From Candidatus Nanosynbacter lyticus (GTDB taxonomy: Bacteria; Patescibacteriota; Saccharimonadia; Saccharimonadales; Saccharimonadaceae), in assembly GCF_000803625.1 (NCBI RefSeq), contig NZ_CP007496.1, positions 150,001-182,000 on the forward strand: a stretch of 32,000 nucleotides of DNA. The letters run 5' to 3'. Positions within the stretch are counted from its first letter, which is position 1. Every line of letters starts with the position of its first letter. A program made the position numbers and the translations under genes. This document shows positions 17,597 through 26,343 of the stretch, piece by piece. The notes under the pieces were generated by a model. That model did not search any database and was not told the origin of the DNA. It worked only from the letters and a program-made list of their open reading frames with translations.

Positions 17597-17953
17597 CTAT
17601 TTGCTAGATTTCTTAGCCTTTTTATCTGATTTTGGAGAATCAGCTTTTGTGGCTTTATTGGCGTTAGCTTTCTTGGCTTTATTTGCCAATTCGGCACGGC
17701 GAGCTTCAGCTGCTGCCTGACGTGCCTTAAAGCGATCAACACGACCTTCGGTGTCGATAATCTTTTCCTCGCCAGTAAAGAATGGGTGTGAAGCTGACGA
17801 GATGTGGACTTTCACGAGAGGGTAGGTATTGCCGTCTTCCCATTTGATGGTGTCTGTTGTCTGCGCTGTTGACTGAGTCAAGAACGCAAAGCCCGCTTGA
17901 TCGTCGCTAAATACGACAGGGCGATAGTTCTGTGGGTGAATACTGCTTTTCAT
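17597..17953 (-). CDS. rpmE2: 50S ribosomal protein L31 type B with Lys/Ala-rich C-terminal extension
   Basis: [60 protein letters not shown]; no CxxC zinc motif. Confidence 0.92.
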   Translation of the reverse strand: MKSSIHPQNYRPVVFSDDQAGFAFLTQSTAQTTDTIKWEDGNTYPLVKVHISSASHPFFTGEEKIIDTEGRVDRFKARQAAAEARRAELANKAKKANANKATKADSPKSDKKAKKSSK

Positions 17954-17962
17954 AACCTTGGT

Positions 17963-17971
17963 ATTTTAGCA
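17963..17971 (-). promoter_or_regulatory. Extended -10 promoter for rpmE2
   Basis: Minus strand TGC-TAAAAT (17971-17963), ATG at 17953, predicted 5'UTR about 3 nt. Confidence 0.55.
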
Positions 17972-18084
17972 AAAAACCGCAGGTATTGCAATATTTACCG
18001 AAAGGGGAGTGCGGACGCCTTGACGTATACGTAAAAAGTAGCGCATAATTACAAATGAGATATCCTAATTTAGGAGGAGGAATC

Positions 18085-18741
18085 ATGCAAGAGAGTTCTA
18101 CTATATATAATAAGAACATAGGTGTTAGATCGGGGTATTTAACAGGAGAAGCTCTCCGTCGTTCTAAGGAGTTGGCTATGGCGAAAGAGGTAGGGATGAT
18201 ATTAGAAAATCCTGATAAAACCGAATCTTTTGAGCTATATAATTCGGGAGAGCCAGAGCATATGATAGCGCTAGTTGGCGGTGAGTTTGGGGTTAGAATG
18301 GAGCAGACGCCGGGTAGGCCTAAAGAGGTAACTGCAAAATTATTTAGGCCTCATGAGACGATTCAAGATTCATATAGAGAAGTGTTGCTAGATATCCACA
18401 CTTCGGTTGTAGCCTTTGATGCGCGTCGTATATGCGTAGAAGATGGAGTTCCTTCGGGAGAAAAAGTTTCATTGCTATTCTTTAAGCTGTCAGCAAACGT
18501 ATCGGGTGAGCCAACTCCGCCTATGACCGTGGAAGATTTGAACCGTAAGACTAGTACTTATGGCGCCGTCGTTTCGGATAGTGGAATTGAGTATTTTGAG
18601 TTTACTGAAGATTGTGATGTTAAAAAGGTATCTTCTATAAATTCGCCTCTAGATACTAGTTTAGAAAGAATAGAGCTTAGCGAGGAATTGGAAAAATTCG
18701 TTCAATCTCGTCAAGGGGTGGTTGCCTCTGACGGTGATTAG
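18085..18741 (+). CDS. Hypothetical acidic protein (start revised from 18055 to 18085)
   Basis: Strong SD AGGAGGAGG (18072-18080) before ATG 18085; possible promoter TTGACG (18020-18025)-N18-CATAAT (18044-18049); no family recognised. Confidence 0.7.
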   Translation: MQESSTIYNKNIGVRSGYLTGEALRRSKELAMAKEVGMILENPDKTESFELYNSGEPEHMIALVGGEFGVRMEQTPGRPKEVTAKLFRPHETIQDSYREVLLDIHTSVVAFDARRICVEDGVPSGEKVSLLFFKLSANVSGEPTPPMTVEDLNRKTSTYGAVVSDSGIEYFEFTEDCDVKKVSSINSPLDTSLERIELSEELEKFVQSRQGVVASDGD

Positions 18742-18750
18742 TGGTACAAT
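18722..18750 (+). promoter_or_regulatory. rpsB-tsf promoter overlapping the end of the upstream gene
   Basis: TTGCCT (18722-18727)-N17 ending TGG-TACAAT (18745-18750). Confidence 0.65.
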
Positions 18751-18827
18751 TGCCAAGTAACTAATTTTAATGACACAATCCGTTTCACACTCCAAATCGT
18801 GAGCGGATGAGGCAAAAGGAGAAGGAA

Positions 18828-19556
18828 ATGTCTGTAAAGGTAGACATTAAGGCTTTGCTGGAGTCAGGTGTTCACTTTGGACACAAAACCAGCCGCTGGC
18901 ACCCAAAGATGGCGCCATATATTCACAGTAAGCGTCAGGACAGTCACATCATTGACTTGGTCAAGACGGTTGAAGCTTTGGACAAGGCGCTACCAGAACT
19001 AACAAAAATTGCAGCATCAGGCCGCAAAGTATTGTTTGTTGGTACGAAAAAGCAGGCTAAAGACGTTGTGCGTCAGGCAGCTGAAAAAATCAATCAGCCA
19101 TATGTGGTTGAGCGCTGGATTGGTGGTATGTTGACCAACGGTTCAACGATTACTCAGCAGATCAAGAAGCTGAAGAACCTGGAAAAGCGCATGGCGTCAG
19201 GTGATTTGGAAAAGCGCTACAACAAACTGGAAGTGCAGCGTTTCCAAGAGGAAATTGATAGCTTGAACATTAAGTATGGCGGCATCAAAGACTTGATGGG
19301 CAAGCCAGGCGCAGTGGTCGTGGTTGATGCATTGACTGATGCAAATGCAGTTCGCGAAGCTCAGACGTTGGGCGTGCCAGTATTTGCTATCGTTGATACC
19401 AATGTCAATCCAACTGGCATTGACTACGTTATCCCAGGTAACGATGACGCCATCAAGGGTATTCAATTGTTGTTGGATTATTTCACCGAAGCTGTTGCTG
19501 AAGGTGCGGGTAGTGTAAAAACTGAAGAAAAACCAGTGAAAAAAGAGGAGAAATAG
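18828..19556 (+). CDS. rpsB: 30S ribosomal protein S2 (start revised from 18807 to 18828)
   Basis: VDIKALLESGVHFGHKTSRWHPKMAPYI, RWIGGMLTNGSTI, FAIVDTNVNPTGIDYVIPGNDDAIKGI; AAGGAGAAGG SD before ATG 18828. Confidence 0.97.
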   Translation: MSVKVDIKALLESGVHFGHKTSRWHPKMAPYIHSKRQDSHIIDLVKTVEALDKALPELTKIAASGRKVLFVGTKKQAKDVVRQAAEKINQPYVVERWIGGMLTNGSTITQQIKKLKNLEKRMASGDLEKRYNKLEVQRFQEEIDSLNIKYGGIKDLMGKPGAVVVVDALTDANAVREAQTLGVPVFAIVDTNVNPTGIDYVIPGNDDAIKGIQLLLDYFTEAVAEGAGSVKTEEKPVKKEEK

Positions 19557-19557
19557 G

Positions 19558-20154
19558 ATGGGCGTTTCTGTTGATGACATTAAAAAATTGCGCGAATTGA
19601 CAGGTGTAGGTTTGACTGATGCCAAAAAAGCGTTGGTTGAAGCTGATGGCGACTTTGATAAGGCACTGGAAGAGATGCGCAAAAAAGGTTTGACCAAAGC
19701 TGAGAAAAAGGGCGACCGCGAAGCGCGTGAGGGTTTGATTGAGAGCTATGTTCACTCTGGTCGAATTGGCGTGATTGTCGAGGTTAACTGTGAGACTGAC
19801 TTTGTGGCACGTTTAGATGATTTTAAGACATTGGCGCACGAAATCGCTATGCAGATTGCAGCCATGAACCCGAAGTATGCTTCTACGGAGGATATTCCAG
19901 CTGAAGAGATGGAGCGGGTGAAGGCTGAGTTGATGGCGAGCGAAGCACTAGCAAGCAAGCCTGAAGAGATGCGCGAGAAGATCGTAGCTGGTCAGCTGAA
20001 CAAGCACTTTGCTGAGCAGGTTCTTATGAGTCAGGCGTACATTTTGGACGATTCTAAGACTGTTGAACAGCACATTAAGGAAGCGATTGCTAAATTGGGC
20101 GAGAACATTGTGGTTCGCCAATTTAAGCGAATTGAACTTGGTGTCAGCGAATAG
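19558..20154 (+). CDS. tsf: Translation elongation factor Ts
   Basis: VSVDDIKKLRELTGVGLTDAKKALVEADGDFDKALEEMRKKG, VIVEVNCETDFVAR. Confidence 0.97.
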   Translation: MGVSVDDIKKLRELTGVGLTDAKKALVEADGDFDKALEEMRKKGLTKAEKKGDREAREGLIESYVHSGRIGVIVEVNCETDFVARLDDFKTLAHEIAMQIAAMNPKYASTEDIPAEEMERVKAELMASEALASKPEEMREKIVAGQLNKHFAEQVLMSQAYILDDSKTVEQHIKEAIAKLGENIVVRQFKRIELGVSE

Positions 20155-20172
20155 ATTTTACGCACAGAAAAG

Positions 20173-20204
20173 AAATCGGTTGCAGCAATGTGGCCGATTT
20201 TTTG
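20173..20204 (+). terminator. Terminator after tsf
   Basis: AAATCGG (20173-20179)/CCGATTT (20194-20200) followed by T-run. Confidence 0.75.
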
Positions 20205-20272
20205 TTTTGTCAATAGTTACCATAAGTATATTGACAATATCACAAATATATTCCAGCATGACGATAAAACGC

Positions 20273-20302
20273 ATCCGCCTTCTTATGAGAGGGCGGATTT
20301 TT
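20273..20302. terminator. Hairpin between convergent tsf and recF, probable terminator
   Basis: ATCCGCCTTC (20273-20282)/GAGGGCGGAT (20289-20298), 10 bp with one G:U, loop TTATGA; T5 on the plus strand, AAAA on the other side. Confidence 0.7.
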
Positions 20303-21353
20303 ATTGCGTGGAAATAATGAGACAGCCATCTTTTTGGTGGCGTGAGTCTGTCGTGGTGACGATGAATTGATGATGCTGAATGGTTTCCTGGAGGAGTTTT
20401 TCGCGGGTGGCGTCTAGCTCCGAGAAAACGTCGTCTAGTAGAATTAATGGTCGCGATTGGCTGATTTCTGTTTGGAGCTCCAATTCTAGTAGCTTAAAGG
20501 CTAGCATAATAGTGCGCATTTCGCCGCGCGAGGCGACCTTAATGGCGGGCTGGTCATGGAGAAAAATTGTGAAATCTTCACGGTGTGGGCCGACAGAAGT
20601 GAAGCCTGTAGCAATTTCATATTCGCGAGCTTTCTCTAGGTGGTTAAGTAAAGATTGGTCGTAGTTTTTTAGGGGTGCAGTGGTGCTATACTCTATTGAT
20701 AATTGTGTGTTTTTTCCTGCTAGTGATTCGTATAAGTTTTTTATACGAGGCTCGTTAGCTTGGAGAAATTTAGCTCTTTTTTGGGCGATGTTGGTTGCGT
20801 ATTGAACAAATTTTATATCCCATGCAAACAGGTTATCGCGCCAGATTTGCGAATCTTCTTGATGTGATTTTAGGAGCTCGTTACGCTGTAATAGTGTGCG
20901 ATTGAAGGCTCGCAGGTCAGTGTCGTATTTGGAGTCAAGCCGAGCAATTAGCCCATCTAGAAAATCACGCCTGCGGGAAGGAGAGGAGGAAATTAAACGT
21001 AGCTCACTTGGCTCAAATAAGACTACGGGAAGACGACTTTTTCTGGTCAAGGCTTTTGATTTATTATCGTTAATGATGAATTCTTTGCTAATTTTTCCTG
21101 ATGCTGTGTTTAATTTAATTCGCCTTGCGCCAAAGTCTCCCTCTAGGTGAATAACTGTTTGAGGGGCATTAAATGTCATGCAGTCACTAAGACTGCCACG
21201 AAAACTGCTACCGCGTAAGGCTACGTAAACCGCTTCAAGTAGATTTGTTTTGCCGGTGCCGTTTGGTCCAACGATAACTGTGCCAGAATCACTAAAAGTT
21301 GCTTCATGTAGGCTGTAAGATCGGAAATTATATAGCTTAATCTTAGAAATCAC
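20301..21353 (-). CDS. recF: DNA replication/repair protein RecF
   Basis: IKLYNFRSYSLHEATFSDSGTVIVGPNGTGKTNLLEAVYVA, SVGPHREDF, PLILLDDVFSELDATREKLL; GTG start. Confidence 0.95.
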   Translation of the reverse strand: MISKIKLYNFRSYSLHEATFSDSGTVIVGPNGTGKTNLLEAVYVALRGSSFRGSLSDCMTFNAPQTVIHLEGDFGARRIKLNTASGKISKEFIINDNKSKALTRKSRLPVVLFEPSELRLISSSPSRRRDFLDGLIARLDSKYDTDLRAFNRTLLQRNELLKSHQEDSQIWRDNLFAWDIKFVQYATNIAQKRAKFLQANEPRIKNLYESLAGKNTQLSIEYSTTAPLKNYDQSLLNHLEKAREYEIATGFTSVGPHREDFTIFLHDQPAIKVASRGEMRTIMLAFKLLELELQTEISQSRPLILLDDVFSELDATREKLLQETIQHHQFIVTTTDSRHQKDGCLIISTQ

Positions 21354-21359
21354 TCTGTT

Positions 21360-21368
21360 ATTATATCA
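21360..21368 (-). promoter_or_regulatory. Extended -10 promoter for recF, leaderless at GTG
   Basis: Minus strand TGA-TATAAT (21368-21360); last T is 7 nt from G of GTG 21353. Confidence 0.65.
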
Positions 21369-21409
21369 CGGGCCAATAGGTGAAATTAGCAGACAAGGCG
21401 CCTGAAGTT

Positions 21410-21418
21410 TGGTATAAT
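21410..21418 (+). promoter_or_regulatory. Extended -10 promoter TGG-TATAAT for frr
   Basis: TGGTATAAT 21410-21418, SD GGAGG before ATG 21444. Confidence 0.7.
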
Positions 21419-21443
21419 AGCGGTAGATAAATTGGAGGAATAT

Positions 21444-21998
21444 ATGTTTGATACAAACCCTTATGAAGAGAAAATGAATGCCGCATTTGGCTTTTTCCAA
21501 GATGAATTGAAGAAAGTTCGAACGGGCCGAGCGCATGCTGGAATGTTGGATGGTGTTATGGTTGAGGCTTATGGTACAAAAATGCCGCTTAATCAAGTGG
21601 CTAATATTACTGCACCAGAAGCTCAGATGCTGCTGGTGACGCCATTTGATCCAGGAAATATTACTGCAATTACTTCTGCAATTCGCGACAACCAGAGTCT
21701 AGGATTTAATCCGTCTGACGATGGGCGAGTGGTGCGCGTGCCAGTTCCAGCCTTAACTGAAGAGCGTCGTCGTCAGCTAGTAAAACAGGTGAGCGAGAAG
21801 GTTGAGGAAGCCCGAATTGCGATGCGAAATATTCGTCAGGATGCATTAAAGGACGCCAAGCGAATGAAGGATGCAAAAGAGCTAAGCGAAGATGACTTGA
21901 AGTTGGTCGAGAAGGAAGTTGATAGCTTAATGAGTAAAATGCAGGCGCAAATTGATGAGGCGTTTAAGGCGAAGGAAAAGGACGTCTTGACTGTTTAA
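21444..21998 (+). CDS. frr: Ribosome recycling factor (start revised from 21432)
   Basis: ELKKVRTGRAHAGMLDGVMVEAYGTKMPLNQVANITAPE, RNIRQDALKDAKRMKDAKELSEDDLK. Confidence 0.96.
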   Translation: MFDTNPYEEKMNAAFGFFQDELKKVRTGRAHAGMLDGVMVEAYGTKMPLNQVANITAPEAQMLLVTPFDPGNITAITSAIRDNQSLGFNPSDDGRVVRVPVPALTEERRRQLVKQVSEKVEEARIAMRNIRQDALKDAKRMKDAKELSEDDLKLVEKEVDSLMSKMQAQIDEAFKAKEKDVLTV

Positions 21999-22417
21999 TG
22001 AGCGAAACTTTTGCTGATAGAGTAAAAGAGTTGGGGCTGCCTCTTGAGCAGATTATTGTTATTGGCAGTGGTATTTTAGACCAATTAGGAATTCGTCGGG
22101 CTGAAGATGTTGATATTGCAGCGAGCTCTGAGTTGATAAAAAAACTTTCTAAAGATTATGGCGATTGGACCAGAAAACTTGATGGTAATCAGCGTCCGTA
22201 TTTTGTAAAGACTGATGGTTCGGCTGAGCTGTGGGACGGTTGGGAGTTTGACGGTCAGGTTGTTGGTTATGACGATTTATTGAGCCATTCAGTGGTGTAT
22301 GATAACGTTAGGTTCGTTAATCTGGAATTTCTACGAAGATGGAAAAATTGGCGCGGGCGAGAAAAAGATATTCGAGATGTTGAATTAATTGATGAGTGGA
22401 GGGTGAGAAATGAATAG
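21998..22417 (+). CDS. Conserved-looking small protein, possible minimal nucleotidyltransferase-like fold
   Basis: Overlaps the frr stop (TAATG) and the uppS start; IIVIGSGILDQLGIRRAEDVDIAAS has a G-S-G...D-x-D pattern. No confident family. Confidence 0.7.
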   Translation: MSETFADRVKELGLPLEQIIVIGSGILDQLGIRRAEDVDIAASSELIKKLSKDYGDWTRKLDGNQRPYFVKTDGSAELWDGWEFDGQVVGYDDLLSHSVVYDNVRFVNLEFLRRWKNWRGREKDIRDVELIDEWRVRNE

Positions 22418-23105
22418 AAAATCAGAGTTGCCGCAACATATTGGTTTTATCGTGGATGGAAATCGGCGATGGGCCAAACAGCATGGTTTACCGGCGTACG
22501 AAGGTCACTTGGCGGGCTATAATGCACTGAAAGATGTGGCTTTAGAAACGCTTCAGAGTGGCGTAAAATATGTCAGTGCTTATGTTTTTAGTACGGAAAA
22601 TTGGAAACGGTCAGAGGACGAAGTTGGCCACTTGATGAAATTGCTATTAAAGATGCTGAAGGCTGATTTGCCGGCATTTATTGAGAACAATATACGCTTG
22701 AGGGTGATTGGATCTAGGGATGAGTTGTCGGATGCACTAGTTGAGGCAATTGACGATGCTGAAGCAAAGACAGCTAATTTAGATAGTGGCGAATTGGTCT
22801 TATGTCTAAATTATGGTGGACATTTGGAGATCGCTGATGCGGTTAAAAAGATTGTTCAATCTGGGGTTCTTGCCGAGGATGTTACACCGGAGTTAGTAGC
22901 GAAAAATATATATGCACCAGATGTGCCGCCTTGTGATTTGATTGTTAGGACTTCTAGTGAGCAGCGTCTCAGTAATTTTATGTTGTGGCGTTCGGCCTAT
23001 AGCGAGCTGATGTTTGTGGAGAAAAACTGGCCAGACATGACGACTGACGATGTGGCGGTGATTTTAGAGGAGTATGCTAATCGGAATAGGCGGTTTGGCA
23101 AATGA
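22410..23105 (+). CDS. uppS: Isoprenyl transferase / undecaprenyl diphosphate synthase
   Basis: PQHIGFIVDGNRRWAKQHGLPAYEGHLAGYNALKDV, YVFSTENWKRSEDEV, DLIVRTSSEQRLSNFMLWRSAYSELMF. Confidence 0.95.
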   Translation: MNRKSELPQHIGFIVDGNRRWAKQHGLPAYEGHLAGYNALKDVALETLQSGVKYVSAYVFSTENWKRSEDEVGHLMKLLLKMLKADLPAFIENNIRLRVIGSRDELSDALVEAIDDAEAKTANLDSGELVLCLNYGGHLEIADAVKKIVQSGVLAEDVTPELVAKNIYAPDVPPCDLIVRTSSEQRLSNFMLWRSAYSELMFVEKNWPDMTTDDVAVILEEYANRNRRFGK

Positions 23106-24262
23106 TTGTTTGGGGGATTCTTTTAGGCTTATTTGTACTTATATCACTGGTGGTTTTGCACGAGTTGGGTCATGCGCTAGTGGCTAAGCGAAACGGCGTT
23201 AAGGTTGAGGAATTTGGGATTGGATTTCCGCCAGCCGCAAAGAAATGGAAAGTTAAGCGGAGCTTTTTAGGTGAAGACGTGATTTTCAGCCTAAACTGGT
23301 TGCCGCTTGGTGGATTTGTTCGTCTAAAAGGCGAGTATGATTCAGCGAAGGGCAAAGGTACGTATGGTGGTTCGACATTTTGGGTGAAAACCAAAATTTT
23401 ACTAGCCGGCGTTATGATGAACTGGTTGACGGCAATTATTTTGTTTACGGTTCTGGCGGTAATTGGACTGCCGAAGGTGTTGTCGAATCAGGTTCAGTTG
23501 CCATTTGACACTGAAGTGCGCCGCTCTCCGGTATCGGTGGTAAAAATTACTCCCGACTCGCCAGCTGATAGAGCGGGGATTAAAGTGGGCGATCAATTGA
23601 TTGACATAAATAACCAGCCACTTACTGAGGCGGAAAAATTGCCAATTATAACTAAGCAGAACGCTGGCAAAAAAGTGCCGATTAAGTATAGTCGTGATGG
23701 CGAAGAGTCGTTAATTGATGTGCAGTTAAATTCTGAACAGACTGCCAAAGCTGGTGGATATTTGGGGGTTGTTCCTAGTCAATCAGAAAAAATATACAGC
23801 ACTTGGTCGGTACCTATTATGGGAGTAGCAACGACCGGACAACTGTCTTATGAGACTATAAAAGGTGTTGGCGTACTGCTGGTAAAAACCACTCATGGTT
23901 TATTTGGGCAGATTTTTGGCTCTGAACAGTCAAAGCAGTCAGCCCGTGCTGATTTGTCCTCTGTTGGCGATAGTGTGGCCGGACCAATTGGTATATTGGG
24001 CGTGCTGTTTCCGTCGGTGGTCAATTCTGGAATAGCCCAAGTCATTTTTGTGGCAGCGTTGATTTCACTGACGCTGGCGGTGATGAATATATTGCCAATC
24101 CCAGCACTTGACGGTGGACGCTGGTTTACGATGGCGATATTCCGTCTTTTTAAGAAAGAGCTGACGAAAGAGCGTGAAGAAAATATTCAAGCTACCGGCA
24201 TGTTGATTTTATTAATATTAACAATTTTGGTGACTGTGAGCGATGTGGGGAAGCTTCTATAA
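23102..24262 (+). CDS. rseP: Site-2 (RseP-like) intramembrane zinc metalloprotease with PDZ domain
   Basis: LVVLHELGHALVAKRNGVKVEEFGIGFPP (HExxH), DSPADRAGIKVGDQLIDIN, LAVMNILPIPALDGGRWF. Confidence 0.95.
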   Translation: MIVWGILLGLFVLISLVVLHELGHALVAKRNGVKVEEFGIGFPPAAKKWKVKRSFLGEDVIFSLNWLPLGGFVRLKGEYDSAKGKGTYGGSTFWVKTKILLAGVMMNWLTAIILFTVLAVIGLPKVLSNQVQLPFDTEVRRSPVSVVKITPDSPADRAGIKVGDQLIDINNQPLTEAEKLPIITKQNAGKKVPIKYSRDGEESLIDVQLNSEQTAKAGGYLGVVPSQSEKIYSTWSVPIMGVATTGQLSYETIKGVGVLLVKTTHGLFGQIFGSEQSKQSARADLSSVGDSVAGPIGILGVLFPSVVNSGIAQVIFVAALISLTLAVMNILPIPALDGGRWFTMAIFRLFKKELTKEREENIQATGMLILLILTILVTVSDVGKLL

Positions 24263-25043
24263 GAAATTAAAAGGCCGAAAGTGGTGGCTATTGGTGGCAC
24301 TGCCAATTTGGGTTTACGGTGCGTTCTTGATAGTGGAAATAATTATTTCACTTTTGGTTAATCAGCTGGTTGGGCTTGGCGTACCTCTAAAATCGATAAA
24401 CCCAGTTATTTTTAATACTGCGATTTCAGTTTTTGTTTATGGCATATCCTTGGCTGTAGTTGTTGGTGTACCAATATACATTAAAAAACGGCGAACGTCT
24501 CTTCAGGATTTAGGGGTAAATGACTGGCCAACGTTTCTGGAGATATTTATTTCACCGTTGGCTTTTGTGGCTTATTTTCTCTTGACGATAGTCACGATGA
24601 GCATCGCTAGTGGTGTCTTCTCGGTTGATGTGCAGCAGCGACAAGCAATACCCTTTAGTCAGAGTATGCTTGCGTCACACTGGCAGCTCTTAATGGCATT
24701 TACGGTAATGGTGGTATTGGGCCCGATTGTTGAGGAATTGTTATATCGTGGATATCTTTACGGTAAACTACGCAATTCATTTTCAATTTGGCTGTCGGTT
24801 CTTATGACGAGCATAACATTTGGCTTGGCGCATCTTTGGGTCGGTCCGGGCGCGCCTTTGCAGTGGGCAGTGGCAGTTGATACATTTACTTTAAGTTTGG
24901 TCATGTGTGCCGCCAGGGAGTATACTGGGGCAGTTTGGGTGCCGATGATGATGCATATGATGAAAAACGGTATAGCTTTTTATTTTCTGTTTATCAATAC
25001 AAACGCCGTCGACCAAATAGGTGCTTTATTTCCATTTATATAA
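24243..25043 (+). CDS. CPBP-family (CAAX-protease-like) intramembrane protease
   Basis: VVLGPIVEELLYRGYLYGKLR (EExxxR), ITFGLAHLW, WVPMMMHMMKN; multiple TM segments. Confidence 0.9.
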   Translation: MWGSFYKKLKGRKWWLLVALPIWVYGAFLIVEIIISLLVNQLVGLGVPLKSINPVIFNTAISVFVYGISLAVVVGVPIYIKKRRTSLQDLGVNDWPTFLEIFISPLAFVAYFLLTIVTMSIASGVFSVDVQQRQAIPFSQSMLASHWQLLMAFTVMVVLGPIVEELLYRGYLYGKLRNSFSIWLSVLMTSITFGLAHLWVGPGAPLQWAVAVDTFTLSLVMCAAREYTGAVWVPMMMHMMKNGIAFYFLFINTNAVDQIGALFPFI

Positions 25044-25055
25044 AGGAGGAAAAAT

Positions 25056-26303
25056 ATGCGAATGACACAACTTTTTACCAGAACTTTGAAGCAGGCTCCA
25101 GCAGGTGAGGTGGCTCGTAACGCTCAGCTGCTAATCCGTGCTGGCTATGTGCATAAGACGATGGCAGGCGTCTATTCTTTCTTGCCGCTTGGTCTGCGGG
25201 TGCTTGAGAATATTAAGCAGATTGTTCGTGAGGAAATGGATAAGGTTGATAGTCAAGAGCTAACAATGAGCACTTTGCAACGTAAAGAGTTATGGCAGGA
25301 AACCGGTCGTTGGAGCGATGAAGTTGTTGACGTCTGGTTCAAGTCTAAACTGCAAGACGGCACTGACGTTGGTTTTGGCTGGACGCACGAAGAGCCGATT
25401 GTTGATTTATTGCGCAATTATCTAAAGAGTTATAAAGATTTGCCAATTAGTGTTTATCAATTTCAGAACAAATTGCGTAACGAGCTGCGCGCCAAGAGCG
25501 GAATTATGCGTGGTCGTGAATTTGTCATGAAGGATATGTACTCGGTACATGCTAGTAAAGAGGACTTAGATAATTACTATAACACCGTCATTGAGGCGTA
25601 TAAGCGCTGTTATGATCGTTTTGGTATCGGTGATGAGACATATGTGACTTTTGCTTCTGGCGGCGCCTTTACTAAATTTAGTCACGAATTCCAGACAATT
25701 TGTGATGCTGGCGAGGACTACATTTATTTACATCGTGGTAAAAATATTGCGGTGAATGAAGAAGTCTTGGATGAGGCAGTTGCGGAGCTTGGCGTTGACC
25801 GTAGTGAGTTGGAAAAAGTGAAGACGGCTGAGGTTGGCAATATCTTTAATTTTGGTACGCAGAAGTCAGAGGAGATGAAGCTGGTATTCACCGATGCCGA
25901 CGGCAAAGAGCAATATGCATATATGGGTAGCTATGGCATCGGCATTACTCGGGTGATGGGGGTGATTGTTGAGAAATTTGCTGATGAGAAAGGGCTAGTT
26001 TGGCCAGAAAATATTGCACCGTTTAAGGTTTATATTGTCGCAATCGGTGACAAGGGTAAAGAGTTAGCGGGTAAGCTTTATGGCGAACTAGCGGATAGCG
26101 GCATGGATACACTTCTTGATGATCGCGATGAGCGGCCGGGCGTGAAATTTGCTGATGCAGAATTAATGGGTCTACCGTGGCGGATTACGATTGGCGATCG
26201 GGCGATTGATGGCGATGGATTATTTGAAGTAACTGAGCGAGCAACCGGCGAGATGAAAAAGATGAACTATCAGCAGCTACTTGAGTTTTGTTTAAGTCGT
26301 TAA
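25056..26303 (+). CDS. proS: Prolyl-tRNA synthetase, short form lacking the large editing insertion
   Basis: SFLPLGLRVLENIKQIVREEMDKV, LQRKELWQETGRW, GWTHEEPIVDLLRNYLKSYKDLP, RSKSGIMRGREFVMKDMYS-type motif, GSYGIGITRVMG; SD AAAGGAGG. Confidence 0.96.
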   Translation: MRMTQLFTRTLKQAPAGEVARNAQLLIRAGYVHKTMAGVYSFLPLGLRVLENIKQIVREEMDKVDSQELTMSTLQRKELWQETGRWSDEVVDVWFKSKLQDGTDVGFGWTHEEPIVDLLRNYLKSYKDLPISVYQFQNKLRNELRAKSGIMRGREFVMKDMYSVHASKEDLDNYYNTVIEAYKRCYDRFGIGDETYVTFASGGAFTKFSHEFQTICDAGEDYIYLHRGKNIAVNEEVLDEAVAELGVDRSELEKVKTAEVGNIFNFGTQKSEEMKLVFTDADGKEQYAYMGSYGIGITRVMGVIVEKFADEKGLVWPENIAPFKVYIVAIGDKGKELAGKLYGELADSGMDTLLDDRDERPGVKFADAELMGLPWRITIGDRAIDGDGLFEVTERATGEMKKMNYQQLLEFCLSR

Positions 26304-26314
26304 GCTCGGCTATA

Positions 26315-26343
26315 TTGACATAATAAATGGCGGTTGTTATACT
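26315..26343 (+). promoter_or_regulatory. Strong promoter upstream of greA
   Basis: TTGACA (26315-26320)-N17 ending TGT-TATACT (26338-26343). Confidence 0.85.

Noticed and set aside
20063-20370. Small ORFs spanning the tsf/recF intergenic region
   Set aside because: They run through two terminator-like hairpins and have no SD or recognisable sequence.
24905-25108. 67-aa ORF across the CPBP/proS junction
   Set aside because: Out-of-frame overlap with two confident genes.
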